Part shown: positions 29,363 through 38,964 of the stretch, piece after piece | Position numbering within the stretch: position 1 is the first letter of the stretch | Layout: each line of letters opens with the position of its first letter | Source: Patescibacteria group bacterium | GTDB lineage: Bacteria; Patescibacteriota; Saccharimonadia; Saccharimonadales; UBA4665 | Direction of reading: 5' to 3' | NCBI GenBank assembly: GCA_030271625.1 | Contig: JARXKN010000002.1 | Location: 7,996 to 71,995, forward strand | Length of the DNA stretch: 64,000 nucleotides | Translations under genes and position numbers: made by a program | Notes under the pieces: generated by a model | What the model was told of the DNA's origin: nothing | The model's input: the letters and a program-made list of their open reading frames with translations, nothing else | Databases searched by the model: none

Positions 29363-30970
29363 GAACTGTCGTAGCAGGTTGGTTGTGGAGCTATCACCGC
29401 CCTCGGCTTGACTGCTGGCTAACTGCTGGTAGATGTCGGTCGCCAGAACTTTACCCAGTTCCACTCCCCACTGGTCGAACGAATTAATATCCCAAATTAT
29501 TCCCTGCACAAAGATCTTGTGTTCATAGAGTGCGATGAGTTGGCCGAGGCTACGCGGCGTTAAGCTGGATAGCAACAGAGTGTTGGTGGGGTGATTACCG
29601 CGGAAGGTTTTATGAGAAACAAGCTCTGGCGCCACACCTTCTGCCGTCAACTCATTGGCTGTTTTACCGAAGGCTAAGGCTTTGGTCTGGGCCAGTAAAT
29701 TAGCCGTTAGTTTACGGTGATGCTCACCGAGCTTATTGATTGGCTTAATCGTGCCGATAAAGTCGGCTGGAATCAGATGCGTACCTTGGTGGATCAGCTG
29801 GTAAAAGGCGTGTTGACCGTTGGTGCCGGGCTCGCCCCAGACGATTGGCCCCGTGCTGTAGTTTACAGCTGCGCCGGCTTTAGTTACTGACTTGCCGTTA
29901 CTCTCCATATTCCCTTGTTGGAAATAGGCTGGAAACCGATGCAAGTATTGATCGTACGGCAGGATAGCCTCAGTTTCGGCACCAAAGAAATTACTGTACC
30001 ATACACCCAACAGGGCCATGATTACCGGCATGTTTTCTTCCAACGGCGCGGTTCTAAAATGCTCATCCATGGTCTCAAAACCAGCTAGTAATTCTTTAAA
30101 ATTATCCGGCCCGATAGCAATCATTATCGACAGTCCAATGGCGCTGGTTAAGGAGTAGCGACCACCCACCCAGTCCCAGAAGCTGAACATATTGGCCGGA
30201 TCGATTCCAAAGGCCGTAACTTTATCGGTCTGGGTTGATAAAGCGACGAAGTGCTTAGCAATCACTGCTTCATCGTTAGCAGTAGCTAGTAGCCAGTCAC
30301 GGGCTGTCTGGGCGTTCGTCATGGTTTCGTCGGTCGAGAAGGTTTTACTGGCAATAATAAATAGGGTTTCGGCCGGATCGAGTCCCCGGGTGGCTTCCAC
30401 GAAATTATTAGCATCAATGTTTGATACAAAGCCTAGGTGTATATCGTGCTGGCTGTAGGCTTTTAAAGCTTCCGTTACCATGACTGGACCGAGGTCGGAG
30501 CCGCCAATGCCAATGTTAATGATGTTCTTTAACGGCTTGCCGGAATAGCCGAGCCAGGTACCATCGCGGACGGCAGTGGCGAAGCTAGTCATCTTTTCTA
30601 GCTCAGCCTTGATGGCTGGCCGGATATCCTGGCCGTCGACTATGAGAGGGTCACTTGAGCTACTCCGTAAGGCCGTGTGCAGAACAGCGCGGTTCTCGGT
30701 GGTATTTATTTTGTCGCCCCGGAACATGGCATCGCGAGCCGGTTCAAGGTTGCAGGCCCGAGCGAGAGTCATAAGTTTTGGTAGAGTGTCGGCAGTAATT
30801 CGATTTTTAGAATAATCTAGGTATACATCGGTTACAGAAATAGCGTAGACGCTACCTCGTTCTGGGTCGGTTGCAAACAAATCCCGCAGATGAAGGTTTT
30901 TGACGGTTTCAAAATGATTACGTAGGTCTTGCCATTCGGGTCGGTCAGTTAGTTGCATGTAGTCCTCCAT
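29354..30970 (-). CDS. pgi: Glucose-6-phosphate isomerase
   Basis: 538 aa with 'DYSKN', '[10 protein letters not shown]' and '[18 protein letters not shown]' PGI signatures. Confidence 0.95.
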   Translation of the reverse strand: MEDYMQLTDRPEWQDLRNHFETVKNLHLRDLFATDPERGSVYAISVTDVYLDYSKNRITADTLPKLMTLARACNLEPARDAMFRGDKINTTENRAVLHTALRSSSSDPLIVDGQDIRPAIKAELEKMTSFATAVRDGTWLGYSGKPLKNIINIGIGGSDLGPVMVTEALKAYSQHDIHLGFVSNIDANNFVEATRGLDPAETLFIIASKTFSTDETMTNAQTARDWLLATANDEAVIAKHFVALSTQTDKVTAFGIDPANMFSFWDWVGGRYSLTSAIGLSIMIAIGPDNFKELLAGFETMDEHFRTAPLEENMPVIMALLGVWYSNFFGAETEAILPYDQYLHRFPAYFQQGNMESNGKSVTKAGAAVNYSTGPIVWGEPGTNGQHAFYQLIHQGTHLIPADFIGTIKPINKLGEHHRKLTANLLAQTKALAFGKTANELTAEGVAPELVSHKTFRGNHPTNTLLLSSLTPRSLGQLIALYEHKIFVQGIIWDINSFDQWGVELGKVLATDIYQQLASSQAEGGDSSTTNLLRQFLD

Positions 30971-31001
30971 TTACTAGTAAAACTATAGCATTAACAGAAA
31001 G

Positions 31002-31409
31002 CTATTGCTCCAAGACGGGTGTCGCATCATTTAATTTAGCGGTAGCAATTTTTTTGGCTTCATCCAAAGAATCGCAAGTTATCAATCTGTTATTAAGAAA
31101 TAAAGTATTAACTAATCCATACATCTTGTTGTCAGGATTTTTAAGACCAACCAAAAGTAATATCGATGTGTGACTTATTAGTTGGGTGTTAATGACTTTG
31201 CCGATTTGATGAACGGGCAGTCTTAGATCGTCACCATGAACTTGAATGACAATTACCGGTAGCGTTGGTTTACCATTAACTGTAACTAGCTTCAAACTTT
31301 CATCAATAAGCTCTAATACTTCATCAAGTGAAGATTGATGAGTGTATTGCATGATGAGCGCGCCATCTTCGAGCCAGGCTTTATTGGCTGCTGCTAAGTT
31401 ATTCTTCAT
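31002..31409 (-). CDS. Hypothetical 135-aa protein
   Basis: Clean ORF, 6 nt downstream of the cytochrome b-like gene. No motif recognised. Confidence 0.5.
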   Translation of the reverse strand: MKNNLAAANKAWLEDGALIMQYTHQSSLDEVLELIDESLKLVTVNGKPTLPVIVIQVHGDDLRLPVHQIGKVINTQLISHTSILLLVGLKNPDNKMYGLVNTLFLNNRLITCDSLDEAKKIATAKLNDATPVLEQ

Positions 31410-31415
31410 AAGCCG

Positions 31416-32816
31416 TTATTTATATTTCTGGTACCAAATTAGCTTATAAATCTTAAGTTTGTCTGGTAGCTGGTTGAGGTATGGAATGAATGGAAAAGCC
31501 AGCATAGTAAGCAATAATGAGCCGAATATGATAGCCGCATCGCGGTCGCCATTGTCATCACCCGACAGCACCGTGTGATTAAGTATGCCGATGGGCGATA
31601 ACCACCAGGCGCCGGGCGCTTTCCCGCTCTCTTCGCGGATCATGCCGTACTGGTCGGTCGTGATGCTTAAAGCGGTTGCTTTAGCTTCGAGCACGCCGGT
31701 GTCTGCCAGGAATCTAGTGCTATAGGTCGATTCGTCAGCGTGCACACCGTTGCTGTTGGCTGCAGCTATTGCTGTCTCATACAGTCCTGCTTGCGCCATG
31801 GTCGTAAGGCTGCTTACAATTGTCATGACTGGGCTCACGGGTGCTCGGTGGGCGTCAGGTTTATCCTGGGCTAAGTAATCACTTGCAGTTTTTAGCTGTT
31901 GCTTTTGGATATCAGGTGTCTCGGCATTAAACTTCATCAGCGCATCTGTTTGGTGAGCTTGAGTCTGGAGATATTGTTGGTAGGGTTGGTCGATGTAAAT
32001 TTTCCGCAGGTCATAGGTGTACGGGTTGATGTTATCGAGGTAGGTCGCGGTATCAGACGAACCGTCGAATTCCGCGACAAGCGTCTTACTAACGAGTAGC
32101 GGATCTTGGCGAGCAACAGATTCGATGGAAGTCGGTTTAATGTAGGGTGATGGCAAGAGCAAGCCAAGCAGTAGAATTAAGACGACTAGCGCGCCGCCAC
32201 GACCAAATAATAGGGCGTGATTTGCCGGCACCGTCTGAACAGATACATCTTTTCGATACGGCTTGGCAATCCCTAGCACTCGCACTAACAGATAGTGCAA
32301 GGCTAGTAAGCCGATAATGACGAGCGGCACCACCACGACATGGATGCCATAAATCTGTTTATAATTGAGCGGGTTAATCACATTACCAATTCCACCACCA
32401 TTATAGAAATCCGCACCTTGTAAGCTGCGCCATTGTGACGAAAAGTCACCACGCAGCGCGTACCCAAACTCTGTCTCAGCTAAACCAACGAAAAGCATCA
32501 GTACCCCGAGCATCCATGTTAAGCGACGTGGTTTTTTATAACCAGAAGTAAAGAACACGATGAGTAAATGCAGTACCATAAATAGAACGAATGCCTGTGT
32601 TGCCCACAAATGAACACTGCGCATATATTTGCCAACGCCCCCAGTCAGCCACCAGGCGGGACCATAAAAGCTCATAATAACTCCAGTTATTATGAGCATA
32701 ACGAAAGCAATCATGGTCAGAAAACCAAGAGAATAGAAAAATTTGTTGCCGTAGCTCGGAACGTCTTTAATCATGCTACGGTTCAGTGCTTCAACAAGCG
32801 GATGTTTCTTTGACAT
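31416..32816 (-). CDS. Cytochrome b/b6 N-terminal-domain membrane protein with ~240-aa unknown C-terminal region
   Basis: 'RSVHLWATQAFVLFMVLHLL', 'YKKPRRLTWMLGV' and 'YGIHVVVVPLVIIGLLALHYLL' parallel cytochrome b6. The four heme-ligand His are spaced 13 and 15 residues apart. Confidence 0.85.
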   Translation of the reverse strand: MSKKHPLVEALNRSMIKDVPSYGNKFFYSLGFLTMIAFVMLIITGVIMSFYGPAWWLTGGVGKYMRSVHLWATQAFVLFMVLHLLIVFFTSGYKKPRRLTWMLGVLMLFVGLAETEFGYALRGDFSSQWRSLQGADFYNGGGIGNVINPLNYKQIYGIHVVVVPLVIIGLLALHYLLVRVLGIAKPYRKDVSVQTVPANHALLFGRGGALVVLILLLGLLLPSPYIKPTSIESVARQDPLLVSKTLVAEFDGSSDTATYLDNINPYTYDLRKIYIDQPYQQYLQTQAHQTDALMKFNAETPDIQKQQLKTASDYLAQDKPDAHRAPVSPVMTIVSSLTTMAQAGLYETAIAAANSNGVHADESTYSTRFLADTGVLEAKATALSITTDQYGMIREESGKAPGAWWLSPIGILNHTVLSGDDNGDRDAAIIFGSLLLTMLAFPFIPYLNQLPDKLKIYKLIWYQKYK

Positions 32817-32875
32817 TGCAGGGCCCTTTTTGTTAAGAATTTATCCTTAGTATGCGCACTTAACATTAATTAAGA

Positions 32876-32891
32876 TGTGATTGCGGTCACT
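32876..32891. promoter_or_regulatory. CRP-type inverted repeat TGTGA-N6-TCACT (9/10 match to TGTGA-N6-TCACA)
   Basis: The sequence is tgtgattgcggtcact, centred ~68 nt upstream of the cytochrome b-like start codon. Confidence 0.35.
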
Positions 32892-33081
32892 AACAATACT
32901 TTACGAAATCAAGACATAAAATGGATAGTTTGCAATCCAAAGATTGCAGCTGTATTCTCGCGCATTTTACTTGCCCGTGACAAGTTGTCGAGCTTCGAAT
33001 TTTTCAATGGTTGAGTATCTTAGAAAATGCCAGAACTTGACTGATTCATTCTACCTATAACCGTAAGATTATAAGAACTAA

Positions 33082-33288
33082 CTAATTTGTAGCATTTTTA
33101 GCACTTTGTTCAGAAGCATCGGCCTCTTTAGCGTGCTGCTCCATCTTACTGGCACCATCTTCTAATTGCTTAGCTGTCTGTTCCATTTTGTCAGATGTTT
33201 TACGGAGCTCACTGGCCTGCTGTCGTTGCTTTTGTGCCTCATTCTTAGTCTGCTGAGCGGCCTGTCTTATTTGATCACCTGCTGCCAT
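33082..33288 (-). CDS. Small 68-aa Gln/Lys/Ala-rich coiled-coil-like protein
   Basis: AAGGGGA lies upstream of the ATG. Repetitive 'A.Q..K.A.K' composition. No family recognised. Confidence 0.5.
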   Translation of the reverse strand: MAAGDQIRQAAQQTKNEAQKQRQQASELRKTSDKMEQTAKQLEDGASKMEQHAKEADASEQSAKNATN

Positions 33289-33493
33289 GGTTTCCCCTTA
33301 AGGTTGTGTTAGTAATTTCATTTATTATTACACACCGCTGGGAACAATAACATGACAGGTGCGTGTAATTTGAACTTCAAAAGTATTGGTTACTGGTAGG
33401 GCGAAGGGATAGCGCACGTTAATCTGTGCGCCGAGTAGACTCGAGCAGCAGACTAACGACCGAACCGTTCTATAGTCCTCCACTCAAGCCAAT

Positions 33494-33523
33494 AAAAATA
33501 CCCATCTTGCGATGGGTATTTTT
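33494..33523. terminator. Bidirectional intrinsic terminator downstream of tRNA-Gln
   Basis: The sequence is aaaaatacccatc-ttgc-gatgggtattttt, a 13-bp stem flanked by A and T runs. Confidence 0.65.
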
Positions 33524-33525
33524 AT

Positions 33526-33600
33526 TGGCTGGGGCGAAGGGATTCGAACCCCTGAATGCCAGTACCAAAAACTGGTGCCTTACCACTTGGCCACGCCCCA
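33526..33600 (-). tRNA. tRNA-Gln (anticodon UUG), CCA encoded
   Basis: The reverse complement folds as a cloverleaf. Acceptor stem is UGGGGCG/CGCCCCA, anticodon stem CCAGU/ACUGG, anticodon loop UUUUGGU, T-loop UUCGAAU, then G-CCA. Confidence 0.9.
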
Positions 33601-33692
33601 TTACTGTTTTGGGCTTATCGACGTATTGCCGACAGCTACAAGCGGTGATTATACAGCTTTTTACTTCTTAGTGCTAGTCGTTAGACTCGTGC

Positions 33693-34511
33693 TTAATAGG
33701 ACGGTGCTGCCGGTAGTCCGAAGAATTCTTCCAGTGTCGTACTACCCTGCTTTTGCAACTCTGTTGTCAGACCAATCCCAACGTAGCGAAAGTGCCAAGC
33801 TTCGGCGCGGTAGCCGGTCACGGCAGTCTTGTCGATAGTGTAACGTTGCATAAAGCCAAATTCACCAGCGTGCGCAACCAGCCACTTACCTTCTGGAGTA
33901 GTCACAAAACAATCAGCAATTTCACATTGGTGACTAACCGGTTCCAGGTCGGCTGCTAAACCAGTTTGGTGCTCGCTGTAGCCAGGCCGGGCGCTTTCGC
34001 TATCGGCGGTGGCTTGGCCGTAGTTTTTAACTTCGTTGCCGTAGACACTTACTTGCAGATTATAAGAGCGGTAGGCACTGGCGAGCATTAAGTGAACCCC
34101 CGCTTTTTCGGCGGCAGTGGTCATTGATTCTAAAGCCGTGGCCGCCGCTTGGCGTAACTGCATTTCCGAACTATTTTTGCCGAGCCGTAGTGGTATTTGG
34201 GGTACCACCAAGTCGGTTGGGGCATAGTCTTTGGGCTGCAAAGGACGTTGTTTGTTGGCGACTACCCAGATACTGTCCGGAGCATCGGCCGAGTACTGCT
34301 GTTTATTAAAAGCCACGGCTGCTGCGGCGGCTGCTGTTTCAGCCGCTAGCTTAGCTGCGGCGGCCTGCTGCTTAGCTTTGAGGGCGGCGGCAGTTCGTTG
34401 TTGTGCTGCGGCTTGGGCTACATCGGACACGTGTTTTTTATAAACCAAGCCACCGCCAATCAGGCTACAGCTGACAGCTATAATAATCGCAACCGTATAT
34501 ACGCGCTTCAC
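33693..34511 (-). CDS. VanY/M15B-type D-alanyl-D-alanine carboxypeptidase, membrane anchored
   Basis: N-terminal TM segment and an Ala-rich linker. Motifs 'SEHQTGLAADL' and 'EAWHFRYVG' are zinc-peptidase motifs. Confidence 0.85.
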   Translation of the reverse strand: MKRVYTVAIIIAVSCSLIGGGLVYKKHVSDVAQAAAQQRTAAALKAKQQAAAAKLAAETAAAAAAVAFNKQQYSADAPDSIWVVANKQRPLQPKDYAPTDLVVPQIPLRLGKNSSEMQLRQAAATALESMTTAAEKAGVHLMLASAYRSYNLQVSVYGNEVKNYGQATADSESARPGYSEHQTGLAADLEPVSHQCEIADCFVTTPEGKWLVAHAGEFGFMQRYTIDKTAVTGYRAEAWHFRYVGIGLTTELQKQGSTTLEEFFGLPAAPSY

Positions 34512-34599
34512 AATAGCTTTAGTATACCGGTTTGCAGTAGATGACAGTAGCTAAAACAGCTATATTTTGCTACAGTTATAGTAAATTTAAGGTTAATTA

Positions 34600-35529
34600 A
34601 TGGCGCAAAAAATTTCTAGTAACCCGGCTAATTACATCCAGCCGCTCAATATTAATAGGCTCGAGGGCCGGGTCTTGCGTATGCCAGCCCCTAATACTCG
34701 GCGGCAGCGTGAAATCTTGTTGCTCTATGGCAGTCATTCCAGTTTAGAGCGGATGTTTACTCTGGCGACAGAGCTAAATCGTTATGGCCCTGTGACGATG
34801 CCTGATTGGCCCGGCTTTGGCGGCATGGACAGTTTATTTAAAATTGGTAAAAAACCAGACGTCGATACTATGGCTGACTATTTAGCGGCCTTCGTTAAGC
34901 TACGCTATCGACGTAGCCGCTTTACGATTGTTGGGATGTCGTATGGCTTTGTCGTGGCCACACGCATGGTGCAACGCTACCCGGAGTTAGCTGCCAAAGT
35001 CGATTTTGTGGTCAGTATCGTTGGCTTTGCTCGCCATGACGACTTTATTATTAAGCGGCGCAATTTTATTTTTATGAGACAAGCTACCAGAGTGCTTAAG
35101 CATCGGGCGCCAGCCATGATAGCGAGCTCGTTCAATAAAGGCCCAACCGTCGGTGCTATTTATATGCTCATGGCCAAACGGCACGTCAAAATGAAAGATG
35201 CCGATGCCCAAGAGTTGAAGCGACGTATTGATTTTGAAAAAATCTTATGGCGTATTAATGATCTCCGGACCTATTTTTACACTGGTGACAGCATGTTGCG
35301 CTTAGATTTGTGCGACAAGCAAACACCACTGAGCGTGTACCACGTAGCAGTCCAAAACGATCAATACTTTGATAACAAACTAGTTGAGCAACATTTAGCC
35401 GTCATTTACGCCCGCGTGACGGTAATTGATATCAAACTCGGTGCCCACATGCCAACGATTGTGGCTACTGCCAAAGAAGTGGCGCCATTTATTCCTAACA
35501 AACTTCGCCGCTTACTGGCCGCAGCGTAA
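34600..35529 (+). CDS. Alpha/beta-fold hydrolase
   Basis: 'LLLYGSHSS' oxyanion region and a 'GMSYG' nucleophile elbow. Confidence 0.7.
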   Translation: MAQKISSNPANYIQPLNINRLEGRVLRMPAPNTRRQREILLLYGSHSSLERMFTLATELNRYGPVTMPDWPGFGGMDSLFKIGKKPDVDTMADYLAAFVKLRYRRSRFTIVGMSYGFVVATRMVQRYPELAAKVDFVVSIVGFARHDDFIIKRRNFIFMRQATRVLKHRAPAMIASSFNKGPTVGAIYMLMAKRHVKMKDADAQELKRRIDFEKILWRINDLRTYFYTGDSMLRLDLCDKQTPLSVYHVAVQNDQYFDNKLVEQHLAVIYARVTVIDIKLGAHMPTIVATAKEVAPFIPNKLRRLLAAA

Positions 35530-35545
35530 TGGTATACTTGAGCCT

Positions 35546-36670
35546 ATGAAAATTGGCATTGTCTGTCCCTACAACATCCTCAAAGGCGGTGGCGTGCAAG
35601 AGCACGTGCGAGCCCTCCATGCCGAACTGTTACTGCGTGGCTATGATGCGAAAATCATCACCCCTCAGCCCCGGGACCGCGAAACGTTGGATATGCCCAA
35701 TGTTATCTTTGTGGGTACCTCTACCGATTTTAAATCCCCCACCCACACCAGTATCCAGATATCAGCTTCGGTGAACGGCGATAAAATTGCCCAGGTTTTG
35801 GACCGCGAACAATTTGATATTTTGCACTTTCATGAACCATGGGTACCTGACTTAAGTCGGCAAATTCTAACCCGCTCCAATGCCATCAACATCGCTACCT
35901 TTCACGCCAAGATTCCTGAGACCCTAATGAGCCGGAGCATTGTAAAAGTCGTTACGCCCTACATGAAGTCGGTTTTAAAGTACTTTCACCTGTATACGGC
36001 CGTATCAGCGTCGGCAACCGAGTATGCCCGTAGTCTTACTGACGAGCCAATTGCGATTGTCCCCAACGGCATCGATTTAGCGGCCTACCAACAACCTACC
36101 AAACGTCGAGAGCCGTCAGGCTTAAAGAGTATTCTCTACATCGGCCGCCTAGAGCGCCGTAAAGGTGTTAAGTATTTACTGCAAGCCTACAAATTGCTTT
36201 CCGATGCCGATCCTGATGTCCGATTAATTATTGCCGGCGATGGACCAGATCGCGAAAAGCTAGAGTTACTGACCGAAGATTTAGCCCTACCAAACGTTGA
36301 ATTTTTAGGCTACATTAGCGATGAGCAGAAGCACCAGTTACTCGATGAGGCCGATTTGTTTTGCTCCCCAGCTGTCTTTGGCGAAAGCTTCGGAATCGTA
36401 TTGCTAGAAGCTATGGCCACCGGGCTGGTGACGGTTGCCGGCAATAACTCCGGCTATCGTGATCTTATGAGCGGTCTCGGTGCCTTATCGATTGTTGATC
36501 CACATGACCATGAAGAATTTGCGCGTCGTTTGCAACTCTTGCTCAGCGAACCAAAATTACGGGCCTTGTGGCAGGCTTGGGCTGTCGAGTACGTTAAACA
36601 ATACAGCTACAAGACTATCGTTGACGAGTATGAGAAGCTTTACAATCAGATAATGCGCCGCCATGGGTAA
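35546..36670 (+). CDS. Family 4 glycosyltransferase (PimA-like)
   Basis: 'MKIGIVCPY..GGVQEHV' N-terminus and an 'ESFGIVLLEAMA' E-x7-E region. I trimmed the track ORF 35426 to the ATG at 35546. Confidence 0.85.
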   Translation: MKIGIVCPYNILKGGGVQEHVRALHAELLLRGYDAKIITPQPRDRETLDMPNVIFVGTSTDFKSPTHTSIQISASVNGDKIAQVLDREQFDILHFHEPWVPDLSRQILTRSNAINIATFHAKIPETLMSRSIVKVVTPYMKSVLKYFHLYTAVSASATEYARSLTDEPIAIVPNGIDLAAYQQPTKRREPSGLKSILYIGRLERRKGVKYLLQAYKLLSDADPDVRLIIAGDGPDREKLELLTEDLALPNVEFLGYISDEQKHQLLDEADLFCSPAVFGESFGIVLLEAMATGLVTVAGNNSGYRDLMSGLGALSIVDPHDHEEFARRLQLLLSEPKLRALWQAWAVEYVKQYSYKTIVDEYEKLYNQIMRRHG

Positions 36671-37799
36671 ACCTGCTGCCGAGCCGTTATTAAAAATTGG
36701 CATAGTTTTTGATGACTCGCTCGACAAGCCAGACGGTGTTCAGCAATACATACTCAGTTTAGGGAGCTGGCTCAGCCAACAAGGCCACGAGGTTCACTAC
36801 CTTGTTGGGCAGACGAAAAGAACCGATATTAAAAACGTCCATTCTTTGAGCCGGAATATCGGCGTCACGTTTAACGGCAATCAATTGTCCATACCGCTGC
36901 CGACTGCTAAAGGAAAGTTGCGTCGCTTACTGGCAGTTGAGAAATTTGATGTATTGCATGTCCAAGTGCCCTATAGCCCGTGGTTAGCGCACCGCATAAT
37001 CATGGCGGCGCCCTCGAATACCACCATAATCGGGACCTTTCATATCGTGGCGTTCTCGCGCTTAGTGCAATTAGCGACGCGAGGTTTGGCGTTCTGGACC
37101 CGACGTTCCTTGCGGCGGTTTTCGAAGGTTGTGAGCGTATCAAGCGCTGCCGTCGACTACGCCCGCGCAACCTACGGCATCAGCACAACGGTTGTACCTA
37201 ATGTATTTGACTATGACCGGTTTCATACCGCTCAACCACTCCTGCCCGCCCAGTCCACGATGTTACGAATTTTGTACCTCGGGCGGTTAGTAGAGCGTAA
37301 AGGCTGCCGTGATTTACTGCAGGCTATCAAATACCTGGTAGAGCGCGGCGTGACTGGTTTTACGGTAGTTATTTGCGGTAAGGGTCCGCTGCTGTCCGAG
37401 TTGGAACAATTTTCGAACCGCCATCAGCTGCCGGTTGAATTTACCGGCTTTGTAGCAGAAACCGATAAGCCCGGCTACTACGCTAGTGCTGATATTGCGG
37501 TTTTTCCCAGTACCGGCGGTGAAAGCTTCGGCATTGTATTACTAGAAGCCATGGCCAGTGGCCGGGCAGCCGTTCTGGCGGCCAGTAATAGTGGTTACGC
37601 CAGCGTGATGGCTGACCGGCCCGATCTATTGTTTAAGCCGAAGGACTCCCTCGCTCTCGCCAGACTGTTAGAAGATCTCATTAGCCAACCACATAAGCGA
37701 ACCCAAGCGGCGGCCTGGGGGTTAAATTATAGCCAAAAATTCGATGTGCCTATTATCGGTCAGCAGTTGTTAACAAGTTACCGTTTGCCGCCAGCCTAA
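36663..37799 (+). CDS. Family 4 glycosyltransferase, second copy
   Basis: Overlaps the upstream GT4 by 8 nt. Motifs 'PDGVQQY' and 'GESFGIVLLEAMA'. Confidence 0.85.
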   Translation: MGKPAAEPLLKIGIVFDDSLDKPDGVQQYILSLGSWLSQQGHEVHYLVGQTKRTDIKNVHSLSRNIGVTFNGNQLSIPLPTAKGKLRRLLAVEKFDVLHVQVPYSPWLAHRIIMAAPSNTTIIGTFHIVAFSRLVQLATRGLAFWTRRSLRRFSKVVSVSSAAVDYARATYGISTTVVPNVFDYDRFHTAQPLLPAQSTMLRILYLGRLVERKGCRDLLQAIKYLVERGVTGFTVVICGKGPLLSELEQFSNRHQLPVEFTGFVAETDKPGYYASADIAVFPSTGGESFGIVLLEAMASGRAAVLAASNSGYASVMADRPDLLFKPKDSLALARLLEDLISQPHKRTQAAAWGLNYSQKFDVPIIGQQLLTSYRLPPA

Positions 37800-37821
37800 A
37801 CCAGAAGTTGCGTATTACGAA

Positions 37822-38964
37822 GTGGCAGTAGATAATAACAACATGCTATTTAAAAATCACTCCAAAGAACCACGTGAAGTTAACGTAACCGTCTCAGTTG
37901 AAACCTTTGCTAAATTAATTGTTATGGTGGTCGCCACCGTTGTCTTACTGATGGCCATTAACCGTGCCAGTCATGCTTTAATTCTTATATTTGCGTCCTT
38001 CTTCTTGGCGTTAGCCTTAAATGCGCCGGTAAATTGGGTCAGTCAACACCTGCCTGGGAAGCGCCGTGGCAGTCGTGCGCTCGGCACCAGCTTGTCCTTT
38101 TTAATTGTCGTGCTGCTACTTGGTGCCTTCATTGCCAGTATTGTTCCACCATTAGTCAAACAAACGGGAAACTTTGTTACGGCTGCACCGCACCTGGTCC
38201 AAGATCTTAAGAATGAAGATAGCGGCGCTGGAAAGATTGTTCGGCACTATCACCTAGAAGGCCAAGTTAATACTGTGTCGCGCCAGGTATCAGAACGCTT
38301 TAAGCATGTCGGCGGTAGTGCCTTTTCAACCTTCCAAACGATTGGCACTAGTGTGTTCTCACTGTTAACAATTCTCGTATTAACCTTCATGATGCTCGTT
38401 GAGGGTCCAGAAATTATTGCTTTCTTCCGGGAGCTACTACCTAAAAAGCGTCGTAAATTAGCCGACCAACTAAGCTACGATATGTACCGAGTCATTAAAG
38501 GCTATGTTAACGGCCAGGTCACGTTGGCGGCAATTGCGGCTGTACTGATATTCCCCGCCTTACTTATTTTGCATATTAGCTACCCGGTTGCCTTGCTGGT
38601 GATAATCTTTATCTGTGGACTGATTCCAATGGTGGGCCACACGATTGGCGCCGTTATTGTTACGCTGGTTGCGCTATCGCAGTCACTCAGCGCTGCAGTA
38701 ATAATCTTAATCTATTACATTCTGTATCAGCAGCTGGAAAACTATTTAGTACAACCACGCATCCAAGCCAACTCGACCAACATGTCGCCATTACTAGTCT
38801 TCATATCGGTGGTAGTCGGCGTTAGTTTTGGCGGTCTATTCGGCGGTTTAGTGGCTATCCCGGTCACGGGTTGTATCCGTATTGCCATTCTAGAATACTT
38901 ACGCAGTCAGAATATTATTGATGCGCCCGACGTTGAAAAGACTATTAAAGAAGCTACAACTTAA
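37822..38964 (+). CDS. AI-2E family transporter (UPF0118/PerM-like)
   Basis: Eight TM segments with a family-typical C-terminal half ('GLIPMVGHTIGAVIV', 'YQQLENYLVQPRI'). GTG start at 37822, with an alternative ATG at 37843. Confidence 0.85.
   Translation: MAVDNNNMLFKNHSKEPREVNVTVSVETFAKLIVMVVATVVLLMAINRASHALILIFASFFLALALNAPVNWVSQHLPGKRRGSRALGTSLSFLIVVLLLGAFIASIVPPLVKQTGNFVTAAPHLVQDLKNEDSGAGKIVRHYHLEGQVNTVSRQVSERFKHVGGSAFSTFQTIGTSVFSLLTILVLTFMMLVEGPEIIAFFRELLPKKRRKLADQLSYDMYRVIKGYVNGQVTLAAIAAVLIFPALLILHISYPVALLVIIFICGLIPMVGHTIGAVIVTLVALSQSLSAAVIILIYYILYQQLENYLVQPRIQANSTNMSPLLVFISVVVGVSFGGLFGGLVAIPVTGCIRIAILEYLRSQNIIDAPDVEKTIKEATT

Noticed and set aside
33380-33490. A possible additional tRNA or tmRNA-like element (a GC-rich hairpin with an 8-nt loop and a 'cctccactc' stretch).
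   Set aside because: I could not build a cloverleaf on either strand. There is no GTTCGAATC-type T-arm, no acceptor pairing and no CCA-proximal stem.
33426-33838. ORFs 33426..33671 and 33512..33838 (plus strand).
   Set aside because: They read straight through the tRNA-Gln gene and its terminator and into the VanY-like gene on the opposite strand. They are not credible coding regions.
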